Part shown: positions 19,261-28,273 of the stretch, one piece after another | Layout: every line of letters begins with the position of its first letter | How positions within the stretch are numbered: position 1 is the first letter of the stretch | IMG/VR virus record: IMGVR_UViG_3300010354_014876 | Span: 544 to 64,543 of that record | Reading direction: 5' to 3' (one strand) | DNA: 64,000 bases | Source: a virus | Lineage: Duplodnaviria; Caudoviricetes | Translations under genes and position numbers: made by a program | Notes under the pieces: model-generated | What the model was told of the DNA's origin: nothing | What the model saw: the letters and a program-made list of their open reading frames with translations, nothing else | Database searches by the model: none

Positions 19261-19473
19261 ATGGAAAACATAGAAGTTCATATCCAGAGGGATAAAGAGA
19301 TTTTAAATGATCCAACAATATCTCCTCAACAACGTCGTCACCTTGAAGAGGAACTTCATGATCTAGAAGTTTATCATGATAGACACCCAGAAGACAATCA
19401 TGATCCAACACCACTAGAGTTGTATTGTGATAGTCACCCAGATGCATCAGAATGTAGAGTATACGAAGACTAA
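19261..19473 (+). CDS. cp12: CP12 Calvin-cycle inhibitor
   Basis: C-terminal PLELYCDSHPDASECRVYED CP12 signature with Cys pair. Confidence 0.9.
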   Translation: MENIEVHIQRDKEILNDPTISPQQRRHLEEELHDLEVYHDRHPEDNHDPTPLELYCDSHPDASECRVYED

Positions 19474-22400
19474 TGCTTGATTCAGGTTTATTATCTAAAA
19501 ATTTTATTGGAAGAGATGGATTTATTTGGTGGATAGGTCAAGTTCCTGACGCTAAATTTTGGAAAGGAAATCTTCCAGAACTCCCACAAAATAGTCCATC
19601 TGATTTACCTGGATTTAAATATAGGGTAAAGGTAAGAATCCTTGGATATCATACTTCAGACTTAACTTTACTTCCAGATAGTGATCTTCCGTGGGCATTA
19701 GTAATGTTGCCCACTACATCTGGATCAGGATCTGGTGCTAATACTGTAACCCCAAGATTTTCTGGTGGAGAATTTGTATTTGGATTTTTCTTGGACGGTG
19801 ATAATGGTCAACAACCAGTAATCATTGGAACACTTGGAAACTCTTCACAGACTTTATTATCAAGTTCTTTACCATCAGTAGGTTTTAAACCTTTTTCTGG
19901 ATTTACATCTTCTCAGAAACAAATACCTGCATATTCAATTAGATCTCCAGAAGAAACAAAAAAAGAAGCTGTAAAGGGTGAAGGAACTGTAGAAACTGGA
20001 AGTTCTGGTAATCAACCTAATGTAAAAACATCTGCTGCTACACTTCCAAATCCACCAAATATAGAAGGTTCTGGTTCAACAAGTGACTTAAAAGATGCTA
20101 ACTCAAATGCTCAACAGCAGGATAATCCATCCTATCCTCTAGCGAATGCGTGTAAAAAAGGTAAGAATAAAGAGGGAATCAAAACTGGACTGGAGAGACT
20201 AGTAAGATCTTTAGAAGGAATTCAAAAGGTCAATGATGTATATATTTCTCCAACTCTGAATGCAGTATATGATGTTACTAGTGAAATACAACTATGTGCA
20301 GGTATAATTTCTGGTTATTTGAAAAATATACTGAACAACATAAGAGCAGATATTCTTTTAGAAATTGAAAATAGAATTAAACTTTTAACATCAAAACTAA
20401 GCACTAAAAAACAAATTGCTGCTGGAGAAGCACAACAAAAAGCAGTTGATGCTATTGGGTGTGCTTTTAATAAAATTATAGATGCTTTGTTTGACTTAGT
20501 TAAAAACTTTTTAGAAAATTTAATTGATAAAATTTTAAACGTTGCAACATGTGTTATTGATAACATGATTGCAGCTCTTCTCAATAGCATCATTGGACCC
20601 CTTGAAGATGCAATATCTTCTGCTCTTGGACCTCTACAAGACTTAATATCGGGTGTAATGGGTGGAGTCGGCCAGGCATTAAATTTTGTTTCTGCAATTA
20701 AGAACTTCTTATCTTGTGAAGTTGAGGATGCTTGTCCAGAGGTTAGCACTTGGTCTTGGTTAGATGGACCAAAACCAGGAACGGAGGATGACTATTCAAG
20801 TTCTCTCTCCAAAATTACTAAATCTGCATCTTCTGGTCTAAATGAATTTTTAGGAAACACTTCATCAATAGGTATTTCTGGTGATGGAAATATCGCAAAT
20901 TGTTTTACTGGTCTCTCAAATTGTGGACCTCCAACCATAGAATTTTTTGGTGGAACTGGTGGTGGATTAGGAGAAACTATAAGTGCAACAGCAAATGCTA
21001 TTATTGGGGCAAACGGTGAAATACTTGCTGTTGATTTATTAAGTCCTGGTTTAAATTATTACAGCAATCCATTTGTTTATTTTGATGATCCATGTGGATC
21101 TGGATCTGGTGCCAAAGCAACGGCAGTAGTGGAGTGTGGTAAAGTAAAATCTGTTAAAGTTGTTGATGGTGGATCCAAGTATAAACCTGAAAAAGATGGA
21201 TCTAAGGGTAATAAAAATAAAACTAAGGTTGGTATTGGATCAACAGATTCTAATGGTGTAATTCATCCTAAAGGAAAACCTGGGAATGTTGATGATAAGT
21301 CATTTGGTTTTGGTGATGTTACTAAAGCAACTGGTATTACTACCTCTGTAGATTGTAAATTTATTCTACAAACTGAAAATCCTGTTGGTTTAAATACCTT
21401 GACTGGAGGATATAACGGACCAGGAATTTATCTTGATCTTTTAAATGTTACTGGAACGACAAATAAAAATATTAAGACTGTAGAGTTTACTACTACTAAA
21501 GAGTCTTCATATGAGAATACAGTCAAAATTCCTGGATCTAAAGGGAACAAGACTATAGAAATTTCTACCCCTCAAAAAGATAAGATTGTTTCAGAAGCTT
21601 TTAAAGCTGGAAAAATATATGGTCCTATTAAAATAGATGGTCCAGGAACATTATATGTTGGAAATCAAGTCATTCAAGGTATCAGTAATAGTGGATCATT
21701 GACAAATTCTTCCATTGTTATTGCCCATGATACTGATGATTGGAATGATTTTGTTGTTTCTACGAATAGTGGTGTTTTTGCTTACTATAATTCTGCACCA
21801 GCATCTATAGTTGATGCCACACAGTTAAATCAAAATTCAGTTGTAAATGCTTATCTTGAGATAGGAAAGATTCCAGAACCTGTAAATAAATTTACAACTC
21901 AAGTTGATGTTAACTTTAGTCTTGACTTGGATGTTGGTGATAAATCTGTTAAGTCAGCTACGATACCAATAGCTGGTAAGAAAATCAGTGCCAAGTTTTT
22001 CTCACAATTTGGTACTGAATATGAGTATAGTTTCTATGAAAATAAAAAGTATGGTCCAATAACATTTGAGGGTGGTGAAGGTGTTAGTTTAAAAGTATTA
22101 GATAATGGAAAAACATTAGCAATATTGGATGGAACTGATGATGAAAAAGATTTCAACATCAAAATAACCAATGCAACAAGTCAATATTCTGTTGATAATA
22201 CTTTAGCATCTAGTGGTGTTGCTACTACTTCACAAACAAAACCATCTCCACCATGCCCAACTGTTAAGAAGTCTAACATAAGCTTGCCTAAAGAAGTATT
22301 GCCTGGCCAAGATGTAGAAGTTCCTCCAAATAGTTCTGTAGAGTTTTCAAAAACTTCAGAAAATGTAGTTCTAGAAGATCCGTTTGTAAAAGAAGGAAAT

Positions 22401-22838
22401 ATGTATACTTTCCCAGAAGGTGCTAGTTTTACTGTTCCCCAACCTAGTGTTGATCCTACAATTCCACAAATAACATCAGATTCGTCTGTGATAGATAAAT
22501 ACAATGTCGTTCTTGAGTTAGATGAAATTATCATTGAAAATACTGGAATTAATTATTCTCAGAGTGATAAAATTTGTATAGAACCTGATAATGGAGCAGT
22601 GCTAAAACCAGTATTTGATGATTTTGGTAGACTGGTTGATGTTAAGATTTTAAGTAAAGGTGGATTTGTCACTTCTAGACCGTCTATTACAGTATGCAGT
22701 AGTTCTACAGGAATAAATGCTCAAATGTTTGCAGTATTGGGTGTGAAAAAAGTTACTAAAGATGATATTGAAAAGTATAATTTGAATGAAGATCAAATTA
22801 TAAGTGTTGTAGATTGTGTAGGAAAAGTAAATGGCTAA
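19473..22838 (+). CDS. gp5: baseplate hub/spike protein gp5 (N-terminal OB domain, no recognisable lysozyme)
   Basis: GFIWWIGQV, RVKVRILGYH, LPWA, GEFVFGFFLDGDNGQQPVIIG. Confidence 0.82.
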   Translation: MLDSGLLSKNFIGRDGFIWWIGQVPDAKFWKGNLPELPQNSPSDLPGFKYRVKVRILGYHTSDLTLLPDSDLPWALVMLPTTSGSGSGANTVTPRFSGGEFVFGFFLDGDNGQQPVIIGTLGNSSQTLLSSSLPSVGFKPFSGFTSSQKQIPAYSIRSPEETKKEAVKGEGTVETGSSGNQPNVKTSAATLPNPPNIEGSGSTSDLKDANSNAQQQDNPSYPLANACKKGKNKEGIKTGLERLVRSLEGIQKVNDVYISPTLNAVYDVTSEIQLCAGIISGYLKNILNNIRADILLEIENRIKLLTSKLSTKKQIAAGEAQQKAVDAIGCAFNKIIDALFDLVKNFLENLIDKILNVATCVIDNMIAALLNSIIGPLEDAISSALGPLQDLISGVMGGVGQALNFVSAIKNFLSCEVEDACPEVSTWSWLDGPKPGTEDDYSSSLSKITKSASSGLNEFLGNTSSIGISGDGNIANCFTGLSNCGPPTIEFFGGTGGGLGETISATANAIIGANGEILAVDLLSPGLNYYSNPFVYFDDPCGSGSGAKATAVVECGKVKSVKVVDGGSKYKPEKDGSKGNKNKTKVGIGSTDSNGVIHPKGKPGNVDDKSFGFGDVTKATGITTSVDCKFILQTENPVGLNTLTGGYNGPGIYLDLLNVTGTTNKNIKTVEFTTTKESSYENTVKIPGSKGNKTIEISTPQKDKIVSEAFKAGKIYGPIKIDGPGTLYVGNQVIQGISNSGSLTNSSIVIAHDTDDWNDFVVSTNSGVFAYYNSAPASIVDATQLNQNSVVNAYLEIGKIPEPVNKFTTQVDVNFSLDLDVGDKSVKSATIPIAGKKISAKFFSQFGTEYEYSFYENKKYGPITFEGGEGVSLKVLDNGKTLAILDGTDDEKDFNIKITNATSQYSVDNTLASSGVATTSQTKPSPPCPTVKKSNISLPKEVLPGQDVEVPPNSSVEFSKTSENVVLEDPFVKEGNMYTFPEGASFTVPQPSVDPTIPQITSDSSVIDKYNVVLELDEIIIENTGINYSQSDKICIEPDNGAVLKPVFDDFGRLVDVKILSKGGFVTSRPSITVCSSSTGINAQMFAVLGVKKVTKDDIEKYNLNEDQIISVVDCVGKVNG

Positions 22839-23424
22839 AAAATACAAACCAGAATTTTCAATTACTGATGAAACCGCAGATAGGATTATAGAGAGTGGTA
22901 GATATTGGGCAGATGAAGAAGTTTTTAGTTCATTTAAACTAACTTCTGCATATGATCCTTCGCATTATTTTACCTTTGATGTAAATCGTGGAAGTGAAAA
23001 TGCTGGATGGACAATGTTTAGTACACCTTCTACTTTTCAAGTAAAGGCTGGATCAAAAACACCAAGTTCTTCTGGAGCAATTAATTTATTTGCTGATAAT
23101 GGAGATGTAAATATTACTTGTATGAATGGTGATATTCGTTTAAAAGCAAGAAATATTCATATAGAAGCAGGTTTGAACGTAACCGATAATAGAAATGGTA
23201 GTGTTCATATAACAGGCAGTGAAAAAGTTAGTATTCATGCTCCAACTGTAGATCTTGAAGCAAAGAGAATGCTCAGATTAGTTTCTGCAGGTAATGGAGT
23301 TTTAAACGTTCCGAATATTTTTGAGATGGGAGTGGGAATGTGTAAAGCATTTTCAAATTCTTCTTCTGGTGGAAGTCTTTTGGGAATTGCTTCCCTTGAT
23401 GCTATTCCATCTTTTGTAAAATAG
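22831..23424 (+). CDS. gp5 C-terminal beta-helix-like spike protein
   Basis: ADNGDVNITCMNGDIRLKARNIHIEA beta-strand repeats, directly after gp5. Confidence 0.55.
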   Translation: MAKKYKPEFSITDETADRIIESGRYWADEEVFSSFKLTSAYDPSHYFTFDVNRGSENAGWTMFSTPSTFQVKAGSKTPSSSGAINLFADNGDVNITCMNGDIRLKARNIHIEAGLNVTDNRNGSVHITGSEKVSIHAPTVDLEAKRMLRLVSAGNGVLNVPNIFEMGVGMCKAFSNSSSGGSLLGIASLDAIPSFVK

Positions 23425-23434
23425 GAGATAAACG

Positions 23435-24118
23435 ATGCCATTCTGTTTTGATAGCACAAGAACTGGTTTTATAGATGTAAATACTGCAACTGGACTTGAT
23501 AGTACTTTAGTTGACATTGATGGAAAAGGACAAACACCTGGATCTGCTTATGTTGCTGGACCTATTCATGCAGGAAATCCAACTGGTTATACTCCGAGTT
23601 CTCCAACTGAATTTGGAACTGTTAGTGTAGATCAAACAACAAATACATTTCAAATTCCATTACCATTTTATGCGTTGTTTGTAAAAACTTTTGCTAGAAT
23701 TAAAAGTTTTTTAAAGGTAGATAAACTTTTAACAGTTGAGTTAGTTAAGTCAAAAATAATTTATACTGATGTTTTGATGGCAAAGACAAAAAACTTTGTT
23801 ATTGATCATCCAAATAAAGAGGATAAGAAATTAGTTCATGCTTGTTTAGAAGGACCAGAAAATGGTGTATACATAAGAGGAAGAATTAAAGATAATGATA
23901 GAATTTTACTTCCTGATTATTGGACAAATTTAATAGATTATGATACAATTACTGTTTCATTAACTCCAATTGGATCTCATCAAGATTTGATTGTGAAAGA
24001 AATTGCAGAAGATCATATTTTAGTTCAATCTAATTACAGTATGCCAATTGATTGTTTTTATCATATTTTTGCTGAAAGAAAAGACGTTGCTAAACTAGAA
24101 ACGGAGATCAATAAGTAA
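23435..24118 (+). CDS. virion protein with C-terminal intramolecular-chaperone-like domain
   Basis: KNFVIDHPNKEDKKLVHACLEGPENGVYIRG...LPDYW..L. Confidence 0.65.
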   Translation: MPFCFDSTRTGFIDVNTATGLDSTLVDIDGKGQTPGSAYVAGPIHAGNPTGYTPSSPTEFGTVSVDQTTNTFQIPLPFYALFVKTFARIKSFLKVDKLLTVELVKSKIIYTDVLMAKTKNFVIDHPNKEDKKLVHACLEGPENGVYIRGRIKDNDRILLPDYWTNLIDYDTITVSLTPIGSHQDLIVKEIAEDHILVQSNYSMPIDCFYHIFAERKDVAKLETEINK

Positions 24119-24900
24119 TGCCAGGACCATTTATTTTTAAAGACTATGGGACCTTTACGGGTCCAAATAGTTTTACTGGGAATTATGATTACGATGCTTC
24201 AGCTATAGAAGGTGTTTGGCCAACAGATTTGCCAACGGACACTTCTTTTACTCTTACTGATGTTGCATCTATTTTATATCAAAATCAAGCAAGTTATCTT
24301 GGGCACTATTTATTTTACAACGTAACAACCGTTCTAAATCTTGGACACAGCACTGGATCAATTCCTGTTTACATTAGAAATCTTGGAACTGAAATTCAAA
24401 ATGGAATTGGAATTCAAAATGGTGCATATACAATCAATGGAACCACGATTATTAATGGAACAACTACAGTTAATGGATCGTTTAACGTAAATGGATTTGC
24501 TAGTTGGTCTTCTTCTATTGTAGGAACAACTAAAGATTTTGATATCCCACATCCAAATAAAGAAAATCATAGACTAAGACACTCTTGCATTGAGGGTCCA
24601 GAATATGCAGTTTATGTGAGAGGTAAATTGGAAGGAGGAAATATTATAGAACTTCCTGATTATTGGAATGGATTAGTAGATCTTGAGTCAATTACTGTTC
24701 AACTTACTCCACACAAAACTTATCAAGAGTTATTTGTGGAGGGTATTCGTTGGGGAAAACAAGTTATTATTAAAAATAATGCTGGTGGACCTATTAATTG
24801 CAGTTACACAATTTCTGCAAAGAGAATTGATGTTAGAGATATTATTGTTGAATATGAAGGAAAAGAAGTTCAACACTTTGATCTAGAGAGGAAAGAATAA
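24118..24900 (+). CDS. virion protein with C-terminal intramolecular-chaperone-like domain (paralog of previous)
   Basis: KDFDIPHPNKENHRLRHSCIEGPEYAVYVRG...LPDYWNGLV. Confidence 0.65.
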   Translation: MPGPFIFKDYGTFTGPNSFTGNYDYDASAIEGVWPTDLPTDTSFTLTDVASILYQNQASYLGHYLFYNVTTVLNLGHSTGSIPVYIRNLGTEIQNGIGIQNGAYTINGTTIINGTTTVNGSFNVNGFASWSSSIVGTTKDFDIPHPNKENHRLRHSCIEGPEYAVYVRGKLEGGNIIELPDYWNGLVDLESITVQLTPHKTYQELFVEGIRWGKQVIIKNNAGGPINCSYTISAKRIDVRDIIVEYEGKEVQHFDLERKE

Positions 24901-25739
24901 TGTCATTCGGAACTACCTATACAACTGCAGTAGAACTCTTGACTGCCAAAAAAGTAGGGATTGAAAGTGCATCTTTAACGATGCCAGAAGCAATAGCAAA
25001 AGTAGAGTCTCAAAAGAATTTATTTACTGGAGCTATTGAACTTTTAGATAATCTTGCACTAGATAAAGTAGATCTTGTAAATTTTTACAAAGGAGAAATC
25101 GTTGCTGCTGGTGTTGCTGCTACAATTTCCTGTTTGCAAAGTAGATGGCCTCCCAATCCAGGTGATGATGGATACACTGGAACACCATCTGATGCAACTT
25201 TAAAGTCATCTGTTGATACTTTATTCGGTGATATTATTGTTGGGTCCGCAAAGACAGCACAAGGCAATGTTGTTGGGCTTACAACTACAGCAATGGTTGG
25301 ATTTGGATCTGTAAGAGAAGATCTTCTTCGTGCTTATTACTATCCAAAAATTGAAAATGAACAATATGATACAGATAATCCCTTTGAGAATCAGGATTGG
25401 ATTACAATAACCAGTGGTAATACTGGAATAGGTGCAAGTGTAAATGTATGGGTCAATCCGCAGTCTGGGTCATTAATAGGAACCGTTTATTCGTTAATTA
25501 GTACTGGAAGTACATGTAGTCCCACAGCAACCTCTATTGGAAGTTCCATAAACACCCTGAAAACAATTAGAGAAGAAGCATTGGGACTAACAACTTCAAA
25601 TACGATTTTGAAACAGCAACAAAATACATATGATCTACAAATCTGGTCTTATAATAGAGTAATTGAAACCAACAACACAACTGTGGTTGGTCTGACATCA
25701 GCCATTACAATCTTACAGCAGTATGAAGGTCAGTATTGA
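24900..25739 (+). CDS. hypothetical (probable virion) protein
   Basis: 279-aa ORF coupled to the structural operon. Confidence 0.6.
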   Translation: MSFGTTYTTAVELLTAKKVGIESASLTMPEAIAKVESQKNLFTGAIELLDNLALDKVDLVNFYKGEIVAAGVAATISCLQSRWPPNPGDDGYTGTPSDATLKSSVDTLFGDIIVGSAKTAQGNVVGLTTTAMVGFGSVREDLLRAYYYPKIENEQYDTDNPFENQDWITITSGNTGIGASVNVWVNPQSGSLIGTVYSLISTGSTCSPTATSIGSSINTLKTIREEALGLTTSNTILKQQQNTYDLQIWSYNRVIETNNTTVVGLTSAITILQQYEGQY

Positions 25740-25742
25740 CCC

Positions 25743-25771
25743 TTGACAGACCCCTTGCACCGTGTTATGAT
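25743..25771 (+). promoter_or_regulatory. sigma70-type early promoter
   Basis: TTGACA-17 bp-TATGAT. Confidence 0.75.
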
Positions 25772-25796
25772 ACCTGGGTAATCAACGGACGACCGA

Positions 25797-25979
25797 ATGC
25801 AAGACGAGTACCTCTCACGTTGCGTGGTAGACCCAATTAAACGTACAGTGTATCTGTATTCTAATGAAGGGACAGAAAAGCAAGTGACCTGTGATACGGT
25901 AGATGAATTTATGAACGTGCTAGAGTTCGTTCGTGCTACAGTGGATGAAGAGACACTCTCATACGCAAATCCACTTTAA
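25797..25979 (+). CDS. conserved cyanophage hypothetical protein
   Basis: YLSRCVVDPIKRTVYLYSNEG...FMNVL. Confidence 0.7.
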   Translation: MQDEYLSRCVVDPIKRTVYLYSNEGTEKQVTCDTVDEFMNVLEFVRATVDEETLSYANPL

Positions 25980-26039
25980 GTTCCATTTTTGGGGGAAAAA
26001 ATTCCCGGCAAATTTTTACGCACGATAGTTTTTTAAAAA

Positions 26040-26246
26040 ATGAATCCTTATCGCATTAACTACAAAGCACTGAAAGATGAACCAGTGAAAACAACTCCAG
26101 AGAATGTAAAGGAAGCAAATGAGCATTTGTTTCGTGCCAAATGGAACCTCCCTCAGGCAGCAAAGCACTGTGGAATGTCACAAAAAGAAATGAAGTTGAC
26201 ATTTTGGGAGTATCTCAAGTATAATCCTATCACTTACAAATCGTAA
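26040..26246 (+). CDS. conserved cyanophage hypothetical protein (possible HTH)
   Basis: KTTPENVKEANE.LF.AKWNLPQAAKHCGMSQKEMKLTF. Confidence 0.7.
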   Translation: MNPYRINYKALKDEPVKTTPENVKEANEHLFRAKWNLPQAAKHCGMSQKEMKLTFWEYLKYNPITYKS

Positions 26247-26254
26247 GTTTTTTT

Positions 26255-26338
26255 GGGCGAGTGTCGTAATAGGTAGCCGAATCGCACTTAAAATGCGCTG
26301 GGAGTAATCCCGTGGGGGTTCGAGTCCCCCCTTGCCCA
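26255..26338 (+). tRNA. trnL: tRNA-Leu (TAA)
   Basis: GGGCGAG/CTTGCCC acceptor stem, anticodon loop CTTAAAA, long variable arm, GGGGGTTCGAGTCCCCC T-arm. Confidence 0.9.
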
Positions 26339-26339
26339 T

Positions 26340-26385
26340 TAGAAAAGGTAAACTTTATAAATAAATATATCGTCTACCTTTTCTA
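26340..26385 (+). promoter_or_regulatory. T4-type late promoter (TATAAATA 26356-26363) inside a hairpin occluding the HNH start
   Basis: AGAAAAGGTA (26341-26350) is the reverse complement of TACCTTTTCT (26375-26384), which abuts ATG 26385. Confidence 0.7.
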
Positions 26386-26837
26386 TGAAATACACTGAAG
26401 AACAATTTATTGATGCTGTAAAGTCCTCAACAAGTGTAAGACAAGTTTTAAATAAGCTTGGACTTAAAGAAGCAGGTGGTAATTATTCCATCACTAAAAC
26501 AAGAATTAAAAATCTTGGATTAGATACTTCACACTTTAAAGGACAAGCGTGGAATAAAGGACAAACATTTGGTCCACGAAAACCTATAGAAGAACTTTTG
26601 GTGAATGATAGGAAATATCCTTATCAATCTCATAAATTAAAAAATCGTCTTTTGCAGGAAGGTATTAAAATTCATCAGTGTGAAATGTGTGGTATATCTG
26701 AATGGAGAGGTAGTCCAACTCCTCTAGAATTGGATCATATAAATGGTGTCAATTATGATAATCGTTTAGAAAATCTCCGTTTATTATGCCCCAACTGCCA
26801 CGCTCAAACACCAACTTATCGTGGTAGAAATAAATAA
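26385..26837 (+). CDS. HNH endonuclease (free-standing homing endonuclease-like)
   Basis: CEMCG...LELDHINGVNYDNRLENLRLLCPNCHAQT. Confidence 0.9.
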   Translation: MKYTEEQFIDAVKSSTSVRQVLNKLGLKEAGGNYSITKTRIKNLGLDTSHFKGQAWNKGQTFGPRKPIEELLVNDRKYPYQSHKLKNRLLQEGIKIHQCEMCGISEWRGSPTPLELDHINGVNYDNRLENLRLLCPNCHAQTPTYRGRNK

Positions 26838-26856
26838 ACAAAAGTACGGAACCTTT

Positions 26857-27126
26857 ATGAAATACCGTATTGATACCAGATATGTTTGGTACAACAGAGG
26901 AAAACAAATCGTCCTTATGTATTTCATAAATCAAATACCATTCACTTTTGATGAACTCCCTGACGAATCTTTATTTGACTTGGAGTTAATTGAATTAGCA
27001 GACAATGAAAGAAGGTTTGAGCCAGAAGATTTGTATCAGTCTTCTTACTATCTTATGATAGAAGAATGTCACCCTTTGTTATACGAACTTGATCTGGAAA
27101 ACCCTGAAATGTTGCCTGTTGATTAA
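26857..27126 (+). CDS. conserved cyanophage hypothetical protein
   Basis: MKYRIDTRYVWYN...MYFINQIPFTFDEL...YLMIEECHPL. Confidence 0.7.
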   Translation: MKYRIDTRYVWYNRGKQIVLMYFINQIPFTFDELPDESLFDLELIELADNERRFEPEDLYQSSYYLMIEECHPLLYELDLENPEMLPVD

Positions 27127-27129
27127 TCT

Positions 27130-27201
27130 GCCCTTGTAGCTCAGTGGTAGAGCAATGGTTTTGTAAACCATTTGTCGCAAGTTCGACTCTTGTCGGGGGC
27201 T
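27130..27201 (+). tRNA. trnT: tRNA-Thr (TGT)
   Basis: GCCCTTG/CGGGGGC acceptor, GCTCAGTGGTAGAGC D-arm, ATGGT-TTTGTAA-ACCAT anticodon arm, GCAAGTTCGACTCTTGT T-arm. Confidence 0.92.
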
Positions 27202-27219
27202 CTGAGTTCTATAACTCCA

Positions 27220-27378
27220 ATGTCACTTATTTCACAAACTGACCGTCAGATGGTCATTGAAGCACTTGAATATTATGTTCAAAAACTTAAGGACGATAAT
27301 TGCACGAATGCTTCAATCACAGCATTTCAAACACTCCTTAACTGGATCGAACTGGAGCATTTCAAACATGAGAATTAA
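27220..27378 (+). CDS. hypothetical protein
   Basis: MSLISQTDRQMVIEALEYY...; ATG downstream of the tRNA. Confidence 0.65.
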   Translation: MSLISQTDRQMVIEALEYYVQKLKDDNCTNASITAFQTLLNWIELEHFKHEN

Positions 27379-27541
27379 TCTCTGGTACTGTGCTGAAATG
27401 AATCAGTGGCGTTGGACACTAACTGATAATAGTCGTCCTGTATGTAAGCAAGAATCTGGTCAAAGACCTTTTCTTCGTGATGCTATGAATGATGTAGCAA
27501 ATACTGTAGAATATATGTTAGAATGCAAACAAAGTGAGTAA
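27368..27541 (+). CDS. hypothetical protein
   Basis: MRINLWYCAEMNQWRWTL...QESGQRPFLRDAMNDVANTVEY. Confidence 0.65.
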   Translation: MRINLWYCAEMNQWRWTLTDNSRPVCKQESGQRPFLRDAMNDVANTVEYMLECKQSE

Positions 27542-27550
27542 AAATACTTA

Positions 27551-28159
27551 ATGAAATCAGATTTTTATATAGATAAAGTGAGTAAAGAAGAAATCAAAGA
27601 ACTTCTTTATACCTATCACTATCTTAAAGACGAATCAAAAGATTTTAAATCTGGTTTCAATTATGGGCTTTTCAGATCCTCAGTTTCTGATATTTTGCGG
27701 GTTGGCGGGTGCTTGGGTACTTGTATCTTTACTGGTCTCCCCGTCCCAGAAATAGCAGTTGGAGCATTTGGACTAGAAAGAAATCAGCAAGAAGGAATAT
27801 ATGAGTTGTCAAGACTCTGTATTCATCCAGATATTCAAAAAGAAGAGTATAACATTACATCCTGGTTCGTTAGTCGTTGTATCAAGAGGTTTAGAAAAGA
27901 TGCCACAGTTCGTGCTATTCTTAGTTACGCTGACAATAATTACCACTCTGGAATTATATACAGAGCTTGCAATTTCAAATACTATGGGTTAACTGCACCA
28001 AAAAAAGATTTCTACTATTCAGACGGAACTAAACATTCTCGTGGAAAAATAAAAGGTTCTGAAGGTGAATGGAGAGAAAGAAGCAGAAAACATCGTTATC
28101 TTATTGTATTTGATAGAAATTTGAAAGATAAATTGACATGGGAAGAAGTAAAGTGGTAA
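27551..28159 (+). CDS. Mom-like (GNAT-fold) DNA modification protein
   Basis: YHYL, YELSRLC, SWFVSRCIK, ILSYAD..HSGIIYRACNFKYYG resemble Mu Mom family. Confidence 0.7.
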   Translation: MKSDFYIDKVSKEEIKELLYTYHYLKDESKDFKSGFNYGLFRSSVSDILRVGGCLGTCIFTGLPVPEIAVGAFGLERNQQEGIYELSRLCIHPDIQKEEYNITSWFVSRCIKRFRKDATVRAILSYADNNYHSGIIYRACNFKYYGLTAPKKDFYYSDGTKHSRGKIKGSEGEWRERSRKHRYLIVFDRNLKDKLTWEEVKW

Positions 28160-28203
28160 AATATTAGAGTCCGTGTGAAGGAAGACGCATTTATGTGCTG
28201 ATC

Positions 28204-28230
28204 AGCACCCAGAATTCTGGGTGCTTTTTT
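28204..28230 (+). terminator. rho-independent terminator
   Basis: AGCACCCAG-aatt-CTGGGTGCT plus T-run. Confidence 0.85.
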
Positions 28231-28233
28231 ATT

Positions 28234-28241
28234 GATAAATA
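28234..28241 (+). promoter_or_regulatory. T4-type late promoter
   Basis: GATAAATA just upstream of large structural gene. Confidence 0.6.
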
Positions 28242-28273
28242 ATCCATAACGGAAACTATAAGAACCTAATAAA

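Noticed and set aside
27172-27219. ORF-track starts at 27172 and 27257
   Set aside because: 27172 overlaps tRNA-Thr and 27257 overlaps the preceding gene; the ATGs at 27220 and 27368 are more plausible.
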